A stretch of 63,213 nucleotides of DNA, filler included, from Collodictyon triciliatum (lineage: Eukaryota): NCBI GenBank assembly GCA_043381765.1. It is 5 parts of 5 records of this genome, joined end to end, with 100 filler letters (N's around TTAATTAATTAA, not from the genome) between each part and the next. Parts side by side here need not be neighbours in the genome. Positions count along the whole stretch, not along the records: positions 17,285 to 28,889 come from JBHJMP010002355.1; positions 28,990 to 42,973 come from JBHJMP010002356.1; 3 more parts are not named here. One strand, 5' to 3'. Of this stretch, positions 24,055-37,400 are shown piece after piece. The notes below the pieces were generated by a model, which ran no database searches, had not been told where the DNA came from, and saw only the letters and a program-made list of their open reading frames with translations. Every line of letters begins with the position of its first letter. The stretch's first letter is position 1. The translations under genes and the position numbers were made by a program.

Positions 24055-27000
24055 CTAAGAATGTTCTCTCTGGTCGTTTTCGAGAAGTCGTATAAATTCT
24101 TTCTACATTTTATATCACTTTTACAAACACATTTTGATTGACAAGAAAATAATGCATATTTGTATCGAAAGCCACAATATAATTAATTTTTTTTCCCGAA
24201 TCCCAAACCATATCAATCTTAGCAAACTCTTCATAGGTGAATTGTTCCAGGATCTTTGATACTTGTGGACGGACGTGTTGCGATAGCAAAAACATATTCC
24301 ACGACAATTTCACTATTTTTCGATTCAGGATTTAAAGAGAAGGAAGAACGATTCTGATAAAGTAGTGTAAGTAAAGTGAAATATGCTGAACGAAAGATTG
24401 TTGGCACATACGTCAACAACAAAGATATTTAGAATGAAAAAGAAAGCGACATATATCAGGGCATTACAGAGCAAATGGTGGCAGTCTCCAGGTTCAAAAT
24501 TTTGGATTCTCTCTTGGAAGCGATTTGCCTAATAGTACACGTTACTTTGTTTTTCAAATAAATACTATGCATACGAATTGATATTTTTTTTTTATTACGG
24601 TCTACTTACAAAAACAGGATTCGTGAGAGTGATGTCATCCAGCAACGATCCGTTTCCTGGTATCGATAATTATATTTTATTATTATTATTATTTTTTAAA
24701 AAAAAAACAACAACTAAGGTTTCTCAAGTCAAAGATGGAATTTGATTATAAAAATGATTTTATCTGGAAATATAAATCCCTGCAAGATAACTGGAGACAT
24801 AAAAAAAAAAAGAGACAAAGTATCGTCAATTAGGTATATGTTTGCAAAAGTCACCTGCTTGAGCGGGGTGGGTCACATCGTTCTGGAGTTCTGTTGAATT
24901 TTGTATTGTAATGAATTGATTCTCTTGCAAATTCTCTTCAAGTTTTTGTTGAGGATGTAAAGTGCCGATAGGTGCGTTCTGTGAGTTCGATTCAACGAGG
25001 GGTTCTACGTCTGCGGATGTGACTAAAATCTGATTGGTAGCCTGTGCCGCTTTCAGAGGTTCATTGGGAATATTTTCAGGTAGTAGAGGATTTATCTCAT
25101 CTTCTTTTGCTGTAGGCAAACTACTGAGCGGATGAGTTTCATCGCCTTTGGCTTGTTCATATTGTATTGTAGGGATATCACAAGCCATTTTATCTATTTG
25201 CTCGTTATGTCCAAGTAAATCCTTTCTGATCATTTGTGTCGAAATTGGAGGATACATATGGTTCATAGCAGGCTGTGGAATTGATGTATGAGGTATTGGG
25301 TCAGGTGGTTGATTTCCACGCTCGGGTTGATTCTTATCCAGATCTGACTGCTGCTGGTGTAGTATGCAAATCTTGAAATTATCCGTGAATTTAAAATAAA
25401 AATAAATAAGCAAAAGATAATAAAGGGAAGTTAAATTTTTTTTTTTTAAAAAAAAAGGCAAAAAAAATTATTTATATTGAACCTGACTTCATCTATGAAT
25501 TAAAAACGAAATAACTTGAGTATTTGTAAATACCATGTTGCCGATGGGTGCGATTTTATCAGCAGTTGATTCTTTATCACACAAATGTGCAAGTTGAAAT
25601 ATTTATCATGTTAGATTCAATGTTTTATTGTCAACTGAATTCAATACTGAAAGCAGTTATTGCATATAAATAATACCCTTCTGAACTGAGGATGGTACTT
25701 CTTTCGTGGTCGTCGGCTGCAATCTGGAAAAACACATTCCAATAAGAAAAGCGTGATTTGAGTTAATATAGACAACTACGAAGGCATGCTTTTTTTAGAT
25801 TATTTTTCTTTGGATGTATGATGGAAGGAGGTAAATAATGCACCACGATGAATCTCTCAGGATCGGGAAAGTATTTACAAAAGACGAATTACATGGGGGG
25901 CAGGGGATTTCCAATATCTGTGTGCTCTCCAATACTGCATTCGGGATCTTTCATATCGATTGTGCCTGGGTCAGGAATGTGTCTTAGCCAGAGGAAGACT
26001 TTTTCTCGTATTCCTTGCAGAATTAGTTGGACCTCTGTAAATAAATAAAGAATATATAAGAGGGTTTCTTTTAGTTGGACTGGCACAAAGAATATAGACC
26101 GACAATAAAATAATTCATATACGCATGAAGATTAGAAAGGATATAATATTATGTGTGCTCAACAACATGCATGTAAAAGAAAACCTGATCTAATTGATTG
26201 CATTCGGTATCAGCAATAAGTGTAAATATATCAAACAATTTACAATAAAAAGAGAATATATTAGTGTTTGGCCGGCTGGGTCTATTTTAAAAAGGACATA
26301 GTTCACGCATTAATTCGCATTTCATGAATTTTATAGAAGTACTGAATTATGCGCGGCTCTATATTTTGTCGCAGATTTGGCGGTTCTGCTGGTTCCGGTA
26401 TGGGTGGTGCAAGAGTCGAATGCAGAATACGATTCAACTAAACATCAACAAATGTTGAGACAGATATCACAAACTCTTAAAATTAGAGATAATAAGTACG
26501 TATCCAATCGATATTTTGTATGTTAGGGATATGAAAATTATAATCAGTTACCTCTCTAGATAATTTAAATGTGTTTGTTACATTCATATGTGAAATTTCG
26601 GAGATATCCGAAACCACACGGAGCCATCTCTCTGTGTTAACCGAATTATCATATTTTTTTCAATCAAAATATTCTTATGGTATCTTTCAGTTGCGTACGA
26701 TGTTCTAATTTACCATCATGCGTCGTTAATTTCCGTGGATCTATGTTTTTAATGTCGGGTTAGGGCATTTAACTTAATTCCTCATTATGAAAGTTTTTAT
26801 ATTCAATTTCGCCAATACCCATAGTCGTATGATATGCCCTTTCGAGAGTCTTTTCTAAAGCCATGGGTACTGAATCTAGGAATGATAAATTTAGCATTAC
26901 TGATCCCCAAAAAACATATCATCGGTGCAATTGGAATTTGGATCGAATTTTAAATTGGGCATGAAACTGAGAATACTATCGATTTAAGTGGTTAATGCCA

Positions 27001-28686
27001 ACTTACATCGAAGATTGATTTTGCTTGGGTTCTGTCTAGTTATTTCAACATCTTTATCAACGCCTAAACCAGAGCCACTTTTGAAAAAAAAAATAAGGCT
27101 GGTTAAAAGGTTGAATACTTTACTTGCAGAACAAAAACAAATTGTATCTCAATTTTTCTTTACTTTATAAATAATTAGATTGTTGCATAATAGAAGCCGG
27201 TTACTTATTTTTCTTCCGATTTTGAGCTTTTCTTGAAGGAGCCTTATGTTGTTTTGTACTTGCTTTGTTCAACCCAAGGGGTAGAACATCATATAAAATA
27301 GGGTTTACAATTCAATAAATTCATATATTTCTGTGTGAAACCAAATAAATAATTAATTTGTATATGATACCTTTCTTAGTTGGTGACTTCTCTCCACTTT
27401 TTAGTCTCTCAGTAACTTCATTATCTATTTGTGGTGGGATATCTGCAGTCTCTGTGGTCACTTTTGAGTTTGGCCCTTGAACCCCATCCAAAACCTCGGG
27501 TGGGTTTGGTCCAAGACATGATTGTGTGGTCCTGGCAGGCTGATCTCCAATATTTATTTGTTCAGTCGAGACGGCTGTGGTCGTTATAGTAGATTTATCT
27601 TGTTGCTGGTTGGTATTTTCTTCAATCTGCCTCGACTGCGATTGATTTGAATCTAGGGCTTTGGGTGTTATCATCGGTATATCATGTTTTTTTTCTGAGT
27701 TGATTAGTGGTGCAGAGGTGCAATCATTCTCAGTATTGGCATCAAGGGTCAGATTTCCATCAAGAATACGAAGCACACGAGAGTTTCCCACCTGCTACAG
27801 TATTAAATTAATATATAGATTTGTCGGTGATCGATGTTGATTTATTGAATAGCTTAAACAAAACTTAAGTAAAGAAAACAACGATAGAAGATATGTAGTT
27901 GAGGGCTTACTTTGTCGTTTTGTGCAGGATTCATTAGTGTATCATTCCTATTAGATATGCTCATTTCTATTGGTCCTTGCTTGGTTTCGAATTTTTTATT
28001 TTGGACGATACTGACGCCGCTCATGTCACCATCTTCTTCCTGATGTTTGGATACACTTTTCATGCATGATAGAGCACCATCTATGTGCATTTGGGGGGTT
28101 TCTGGAATTTTAGAGTGATCGTTGTGAACGGCGACCGAGTCTTGTAACAAAGCTGTTGTATCGCCAGAACATACATCTCGGTGCTTTGTTTGGCATTTTT
28201 GGGCCAATTCATCTATGAACTTTGGAAATCTTGGAACAATTATTCGAATTCTAGGCTCTGCCGACAAGAATGCCTCAAAGTTATCTTCAGTAGAGAACCA
28301 TTCAATCTTTCTGGAATTCAGTTCTACTTTGGACAAAGCGATTTTCGATTCAGAGTTTTGATGAATGCCTTCCAGGTTTGTACATGGTTCTTCTACGAAG
28401 GACTCACCTTGTCTAAATATGTATGTATTATCTTATTTTAAAAGAAAGTTATCAAATTTGGATAAATGTAAACTTTTTTTGTTTTACTAGTACGGATGCC
28501 AACTAACTAAGGTATCCCATTGGATCCCGATAATAACTCGATGATGAAATAGAGAAAAAAAAACATGACAATATATGATAACACCTTTTTAAAAAATAAA
28601 ATAAAATACGGGATTAAAATTTTGCTCTCAAGGGCAGTAGTTATATCGCTGGTAGCCTTTTCATCTCCCTTGATGTTTTTTGACTC
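24055..28686 (-). CDS. Uncharacterised multi-exon protein, largely low-complexity (Q/N/P/T/E-rich) with a few predicted ordered segments; 5'-truncated at the join
   Basis: A series of same-strand open exons bounded by GT-AG (for example 27854-28336, 27321-27791, 25889-26086, 24826-25461, 24110-24313). Tentative last exon KEFIRLLENDQREHS* ends at 24055. No family motif recognised. Confidence 0.55.
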
Positions 28687-28740
28687 CTATTTAAATTACA
28701 TGTTTACTTTCAATGTCTCCCCAAAGGGCGCATGATACGC

Positions 28741-28889
28741 ATAATATGATATAATATGATACGCATAATATGATATAATATGATATAATATGATATAATA
28801 TAATATAATATAATATAATATAATATAATATAATATAATATAATATAATATAATATAATATAATATAATATAATATAATATAATATAAT
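28741..28889. repeat. (AATAT)n microsatellite
   Basis: Directly visible at the contig end. Confidence 0.95.
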
Positions 28890-28989
28890 NNNNNNNNNNN
28901 NNNNNNNNNNNNNNNNNNNNNNNNNNNNNNNNNTTAATTAATTAANNNNNNNNNNNNNNNNNNNNNNNNNNNNNNNNNNNNNNNNNNNN
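28890..28989. other. Artificial 100-bp scaffold join
   Basis: 44 N + TTAATTAATTAA (28934-28945) + 44 N; truncates the RNF213-like gene. Confidence 0.97.
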
Positions 28990-31370
28990 TGAGTAGTTGC
29001 AATGACGATACATTTGAAAGATGGATTAACTTCAAATGGCTCATCAGCTTGTGGACCAATCGGAAGATAACAATAGGATACATCTCCGACAGTAAAATAG
29101 TGCTGTTATATTTGAATAATTCGTTAAAACCTTTATTTGATTGATTATTTTTTTATTCAAGCCAAATATAAGAATAGCGCCAAAAATAAGCAAATCTACC
29201 AAGTTGAACAAGTCATAAAGACTTTCATATATTTGGGTCTGATTGACCAAGATAAGACGGTCTCCTCTCTCCATACAGTTTCGGACTTTGAGAATTGAAT
29301 TATATATATTGTACTCCTAGATTCAGAAAGTAAATAGGTACATTTAATGACACATATAAGCAAGAAAATAGCATCTAATAAAAGAGGATAGATGAAATTC
29401 ATGAACCTTTCGCTCGTCCGGAAAATCAGAGGAGAAAAATATTGTGGAGCTTTTGAAATCCAACATTCCGCATTGATAAAGATTTTGGAGGGCCGAACAA
29501 TCATCACTGGTAATCAACATTAGATGGCGACCCAGATTATCTTCATGATTGTCCCTTACCTACAAGAGCAGATTATGTGATACTTATTTTTTGTACCCTA
29601 ATGCATGAATTATCTCCTTATTACTCTTCCTTACCAGCGCTAGTGTAGGGATGTCGTATATGTTTCCACTCCCAAGTCCTTGAAAAGATTCCTGTACCCA
29701 TTCCATTTTTTGTCTGTCTAATCCGTTAATATTTCCTGATATACATTTTCTGCTGTTTTTGAGGTTGAGTCTATCTCCTTTGTAAATACTGTTCATAATG
29801 AAGTAGAAGTCTCTCAGTCCTTTTTTTTTAAAAAAAAAAATTAAGATTAGCTCCTCTATCAGAACTATATAAATTAATGAGTAAAAATCGACAAATAAAT
29901 ACGTTATTTCCTCACCAAAAAAGTGTTTTCCAATTTTTTCGTATTGCCCTTTGTATATATTTGCAAATCCTTCGGCTATGTGAGTAATGAAATCCATGTC
30001 CTATTACACCACGAAGTCAGATATAACTATCAAAAAGGAAAAGGAAAACAATAATACAAACAGATTCTGAATATCTTTGAATTCCAATGAGGCCTTTTGC
30101 CGTGGAAATGAGCTCGTTGACTGTAGGTTTTGGCCTGGTGACAAGAATCTGTAATATAATGGGTTAAGGAAAAGAGGCATAGTTGATAAGGCTATTTTGA
30201 AAATTTCTCACAGCTCTATTCATTTTTGCAGCATCCAATGACCAATTTGACAACCCAAGAAATCCAACTTCTTTGTCTTCAAAGAGCCAATGAAGAACCT
30301 TCAAAGGATTCTTTGGACTTTGCTCAGCAAGGCCAATCTATTTAATAAAAAAATGAGAAATTTAAGTATCCAATAATTTTTTTTAGAAGGGGTGGTGTAA
30401 AATGTCCCAAATTCACTATCTATCAACAATTCTACCTCATCAAGAACTACAACCGGAACCACGGAGGTATCTTCCTTCTTCTGCTGAGAAGCTCTTTCAT
30501 GGACTTCCATAATGCCTGTAGTATTTTTATCTTGTGAATAATGCATCTATATTCCAAAGGATTTTTTATCTTACAAATATCTAAAATCCAGACCTTCTGC
30601 TGTTGATTCTGGTGAGCATTGATGTGTGAGGAAAACCATGGAGCTCAATTTTGACAGATGTGGGAAGTTCCTTTTATTTTCTGGAACCAAATTTCTCTTC
30701 AGAATATGGAGCCCAAATGATTTAGAGCAGCCAGGGTCACCCACAATCTAATAGTCATTTTATAATATCAGATTTGAAATATGATTTCGTGGCCAAGGGC
30801 ACGCAATTTGTCGAAGTGAAAAATATAGGTTACATAGAGCTGTGTTTGGATTTTTTTTTTCGATATTGCACTTACAATTAGAGGTATTTTGTTCGAAAGT
30901 GAGTGAACCATCATGAAGAGATTCTCAGTTAGGGCAATATTCTTTGCTGTTCCGATGGGAAGGTCAAAATTTTCGAGCAAGTGCTCGGCATTTTGGATTA
31001 ACNNNNNNNNNNNNNNNNNNNNNNNNNNNNNNNNNNNNNNNNNNNNNNNNNNNNNNNNNNNNNNNNNNNNNNNNNNNNNNNNNNNNNNNNNNNNNNNNNN
31101 NNNNNNNNNNNNNNNNNNNNNNNNNNNNNNNNNNNNNNNNNNNNNNNNNNNNNNNNNNNNNNNNNNNNNNNNNNNNNNNNNNNNNNNNNNNNNNNNNNNN
31201 NNNNNNNNNNNNNNNNNNNNNNNNNNNNNNNNNNNNNNNNNNNNNNNNNNNNNNNNNNNNNNNNNNNNNNNNNNNNNNNNNNNNNNNNNNNNNNNNNNNN
31301 NNNNNNNNNNNNNNNNNNNNNNNNNNNNNNNNNNNNNNNNNNNNNNNNNNNNNNNNNNNNNNNNNNNNNN

Positions 31371-31467
<97 letters not shown>

Positions 31468-34400
31468 TCACTTTAGGTGAATGACGATACATGAAAAAAA
31501 AGAGAGCGGAAAGAAGGGAGCAGAACCTTGCGAAAATAGCTCACTAATCGAAGTGACCTCTCTATATCTCTCAGACTAACGAAACTCTCTTCCCTACAGT
31601 GGTGTCTAATATATGCTTGGCTCTTTACCAAAGCCTGAGCATACTGCCTATTGAGTCCAGATTCCTGAATGTGCTGGGATGTAACCATGAACTTGATGTA
31701 TTCTGCCTCGTCATCTCCATAGACAGACCCAAAGTCCCAGGCATATTGCGCGAGGGAAAGTGGTAGAGGATATACTGCATACACGAGGTCATCAAATGCA
31801 GTTCTAGCCTGCAAGGTTTGTATATGCGAGTCTATTCCAACTTTGGTTTTTGATAGTTGTCCTCCAGTGTCCTTCTTTCTATATGGATTACAGGCTGCTA
31901 TAAATGTCAAGTTTTTTGGTAGAGCTTCTCCTTCCATCGTGTGGTCACACATCATTTCTATAATTTGGTATAGTTGGTTAATTTTATAATAAATTACAAT
32001 GAAACGATATAAAGAGCGTACCTTTAAATATCCCCAGTAAAGTAGAGGTGTTGATTTCATCCAAAAAGAAAAAGAACTTGCTAGTTGGATTCTCGATAGC
32101 CTCATCTACAAGGATAATAAATGAACAACCAATTTTTTCGATTCAAGCTAATATATGGAGATGTACTTATCAGAGGCCTTAGTTCTCTCTCAATGTCTCC
32201 TTTTTTCGTTCCTCCTAAATTTTGAAATATATAGTAACTAAAATAAGTGCAAAATGTCGTTGTTCCTCCCCCTAATTTGGCTAATACAAATATATTATGA
32301 CGTATGCTAATTAAAGAATCTGTAAATTCAGAATAGTATACCGTGCACTCTCAACGAGCCGAAGCCTTTTCCTACAATCTTGGAAATGAATTCGACCATT
32401 CTTGTTTTTCCACACCCAGTCTCTCCCTGTGATATGAAAATAATTTTTAAAAAGGATTCATTTAGAAAATTGAAGTTTCAAAATTAATGGAATGGACTAA
32501 TGAGACGAACCACAATCAGGACGGGCAATCCAGACTTGATTCTAGAATATATTGACATGATTTTTGCTAAGTTGTCAGGTGTGAACACATAGTTGCTCAT
32601 CCCAACATCTCCTTTTGCTGCTTCAATTACTTTTTCTTCTTCATTAGGTTTTAAGCCAAAATATCTCCTGATTATTTTGAAATAAGACTTCTGGTCTCTA
32701 TAATTGAATATCTTTTCTGGTTCTAACCGAGCTTGAGTCATAGCAGAGTCAGTGGGACAGTCTCTACTAAAGTGAAGGATTGATATGGAAGAGCCTGTTC
32801 CGTCACCAGAATCGTCATTGAAAAGGGCAATAGGTGTTGGTGAAGTCCTCCATCTTTTTTGAACATCGAACATAGTTGACAAAGAAGCATGCCCTGTTTT
32901 TTCGACTGGTTCATTTGAAAAGCAAGGTGTACATATATCCTTAGCAGCCTCTACAATCCATTCAGAAATCTAATAAAGCGAAACTTAGTCATTCTAATTA
33001 TGTAAAATTTTTGTAATAGACGGTAAATATAAAAAACTTTCAAGACGATATAATATGGTTAGTACTACCATGTAAACTTAATGTTAAGGAAACATGATTT
33101 AGAGATAATATGTACTTTTGGTCGAAGTACTGGTGCTGGCTCATTCAAACTCGGGTCGAGGAACACGGTCTGGTCAAAGAACTCCAACTGGTCGAACATG
33201 ATTTTCACAAAATTGATTTTCTCACTTCGCGTTCTTTGAGGGAAAAATGCATCCAAAAGGTTCTGACACCTTGATTCAGCATCGTTAGTATTTTCTTTCT
33301 GCAATATGAATGGTGAAGAGTAAAATTAAAAATAAGCAGCTGATGAGAACATACTCTGCTGAATTTAGGTCTGGTCCATCCAAGTTGACCTTGGTTTTAA
33401 TCGAGCCATTTCCAGATGGTATTCTCATAGCTCTCAAGTATTTGCACACGTACTGAATCATATTGAATTTTTTGTCCAACCGAACTCGAACAAGGTCAGG
33501 ATTTTCGAGAGACACGTCCAGTTCAGTTTGCAAGGGAGACACTTCAAACAAATCAAATATACTGAGAGACCTTTCGAGTTGGATCGGTTCTGGGGTACTT
33601 GGTAACTCAAAAAATACCGTACACTCATTAGGGAATTGGAAGAAAGTATTATCAGATAAGAGGATTCTCTTCATGAAAAGAATCATAAACAGGTGAATGT
33701 TGCAGGTGAAATCTAGCGTGGGACCGAGATTAAAGTGTAGAGAATTATTATGGCTTCGAATTGCCTCTGAAATCTTTCTTGTAAGGTCTACCAAAGTTCC
33801 GCTGTACGACAATTGGATGGACTTAGTATCCTTGGCACCTTGCATGATTCTCAACTTTTTAATGTTGAATGTTTTTCCTTCACCTGCAGACAGAGTTTTG
33901 AAAACACGAATACGCAATTTTCTCTTTTCTAACAGGGGTACAATGCTGCCCTTGAGTCCATCGCGCAAATCAAAAGTTTCTTCCTTCTGCTCTTGGCGGA
34001 AATGAGACCGGATTACATTGTCATGTTCAGTGGGCAAAAATATGACAAGGCAAAAACTATGATTTTTGAATTTGGATAAGAGTTTTTCATACATCTCACA
34101 GAATTCTACTTGTATAAAGTGGGATAAATTTTCCGAGCACGCAACACAAAACATATCTTCATTATTATCCTTATCTTGTAGTGACCTTCTCAGGAAAAGC
34201 TCGACATCTTCTGGTTTTGTCTCATAGGTGCACAACAATAACTCCCACGGATTTGGAAGTCTATTGGCCACTTTAATGTAGAGGGACATCACATTGTGTA
34301 GAGCACGACTGTTATCTTGTACTCGAATGACGTTAGGTTTCCCCCGAATGATTGATTTATGATTAATCCTCCGTTCCTTATTGAGTTCTGTTTTTAGAGT

Positions 34401-37400
34401 AGATAGATATCCTAGCGCAGATGAAACGTTTTTTACGTCTTGTTCTAGAGTATTTTCGGTTGACATTTTCATTTTTCTTTGTGTTTCCGAATACCATTTT
34501 TCGAAATGCTCCTTATTTATATCTGCAACATAGACTGACAAGACTTCAACAATATTATGTCTGTCAATCTGATGACGAAGTATTGTTTCGCCGTCTTCCT
34601 TTGGAAAGCCAATATTTCTCAGCTGAATGAGCTGGTGTGTCCTAAAATAGTTAACCACTGGATTACTATCTCTGACTTCATCGATGAGTGACCTCCAACC
34701 GTTCAAATCTTCAGTATATTGTTGCTTCGCATCCAGCACATGTTTCAAGTCTGATTTGCATTCAATCTTTCTTCGTCCTATATAATACTCTGGATGGGAT
34801 AAGTCACAAAGCTGCATGAAGATCGGGCGTATATCGAAAATAATGTCTAGAATTTTAATAAATGCCTCGATTGATTCAATATCTGATTTGTTTTCTTCTG
34901 TAGAGCGCGCCATCCTTAAGCGACTACGAAGTTGGTCAATGTCTTCTTCTTTGTAAATTTTCGGACCAATAGGCTCTTTTATTTTTTCTGATGGTTCTAC
35001 TGATGTTGGATTAGATATAGAAAAGCTCTGAGACACTTGCAGATCTTCCTGGAAATCCTCTACCTCTCTTGGAAAAGCGAATAGAAAGTTCTTCTCTGTT
35101 TTGCTTTCATCAGAATTTTTAAAGACAAAGACATACGACTCTATAATCTTCCTCATGACTGTCACAGCTTTGGCCACAGGATTAGCTCGTGCATCCTTGA
35201 TAATGAACGATATTTCGTCCAGTCTGTCAGAAATGCTTCGGATGATTCCAATTAGATTCTCATATGTCGCTTTCTTCTCTTTTTTTGAATCTGAGGGATT
35301 CTCCTCACTCTGCACCTCCATAATACCAGCCAAAAACTCGTCGAAATTTTGTACATTTCTTAACTTCATGACTGGAGCCAGTTGATATATGGCTTGTCTC
35401 AATTTTTTCAATAGAGCAAGGTATTTTTGGTCATCAACTTTGGCAAAACATAATTCAAATAGTTCTGCAAGTCTTCCTTGATGCTCTTTATGAATATCAA
35501 TCAAAAATTTCAATAAATCTTCGGTCAGATGTTCGAGGAGAGAAGAAATATAAGTAAAGTTTCGAATTTTCGAACCGAGTTGCTTCGTCTGCACTATAAT
35601 TTGAGAAAGCGAGGGGCCCTGACTTCTCAGAGTCAGTTGTGATGTAGAAGTTTCCTCCATAGTCCGGTAGAGCTGATAAAGCTGTTCCATTTGTCTGAAA
35701 GTATCTCCTTTTTTAATATCCGCTTGGATGTTTAATGCTGTTATGATGTTATCAAGCCCAGAAATAAATCCAACAATCCCTTTAATCGTAGCAATACATT
35801 CATAAACATCGAAAATCTGATCATCGTGGATTTGGATTCTGGCTCCCCTTGGGGAGTTCTCACATATTAAGCGGACATTGTCCATGAACTCCGACCCAGA
35901 TTTAACACCTCTTTGAATCAAGTGAAATAGGAAAGAAATAGATATATACCCACTTCTCATCAACTCCAAAAACTCTCCAGATTCTTCCAAACAAGGTCTC
36001 ACTAAGTGTGCCATCAAATCTGCCTCAGAATCGATTGGAATGTTTGATGTTATATCTGTCGTTTTTGTTGGTCCAATCACAAGTTTTCGTAACTCGATAT
36101 CCCATAGGAATTGGAATATGACAGACTTTGATAGTTGAAGCAAGATTTTCGAATGGCTTTTCAGTTCCCTGATTTCAGTATACTTTGAAATTATTTCCAT
36201 CTTCGATTTTTCATCTGCCAGTAGAACGACAATATGCTCGTTTAGTTGGGCAAAATATGGCTTCTGTATTAACACTGTAAACAGGGAAGTCTTGAATAGT
36301 TCGCATGTAGATTGCAACTCCTCGAGGTCCTTACAAAACCTATTGAATGTTGTGGATACCTCCGAGCCCGCACCATAAAACCCAACTACTTGATTGCAGA
36401 GTCTCGATAAGCGTTTTGCAACGCCAAGAGCCAGAGAACCTTGCAATAGTTCCTCTTTGATTGTATTTGAAACGGCATAAATAGGCCTGGCTATGGATTG
36501 GAATTCAGGAAGTGTAGATTGATTAGTTTTCAGAAACTCAACCCTTTCTCTCCACTCTCCAGCAGAGGTAAAGAAGGCAACAGGGTTTTCTGGGACTGGA
36601 ATAGATTTGATAACAACTCCGGCGATGTTCAGACAGAATTTGGACATTCTTGGATTCTTTAGTAAAATTCATAATATTTAGTATATTTGATTACAATTTA
36701 AGAATAACAATATTGGTTTTGATTTTATCATAAATTCTTACCCGAATAAGGCTGGAACACAATTGATTTAAATTTGGTATTCTTTTGCACAGCGTTTCAG
36801 CAAAGATTTTTGCTGCTTCAATTATATTTTCGTTAAAGATATCTACTTCGGTGCGATACAGAGCATCAAGTAGACTCTCAGCATCCATTTTATTAGCAAC
36901 ACCAATAAGCATATTATAAACGTTAGCAGCACCAGTAGATTCCACGATTTCTAATCGCTTTGCCTCCAAAATAAGCTCAATGAGGATGATTATTTTCTTT
37001 GCAGATGCTGATTCTTCAATACGTCGTTGGAGAATATTGACGACCTTCACACTCGTTGATGGCGAACAGCTGTTGCAAATAAGGCAGACGATGGATAACA
37101 TATTTTTTGGGTCTCTGAAACAGTTCTTTCTGAGTAGCTTCATGATGGTATACTCGTCTGAAAATGTATCAGCGACGCTCTTTTCTTTAAAAATTGAAAC
37201 ATATTCTGCCATCTGTAATTCCTCAGGCTCATATTCTAATAGGAGCAAAACGGCATCCTCCCTAATATCATATCTGAGAAGAATTCTAACGATACCCATT
37301 AATTTCCTTTTGTTCTTTGACGAGTTCAGCCTTGCGATGGACGACCAGAATTCCTTGACAGTTCCTGGTCTGTGTCCTCTTTCTCCAGATTTTAGAGACT

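Noticed and set aside
7264-31492. Long ORFs rich in F, VC, CLFV, I, L or X (7264-8102, parts of 11147-12317, 17229-17556, 30913-31492)
   Set aside because: These are read-throughs of microsatellites and N gaps inside introns, not proteins.
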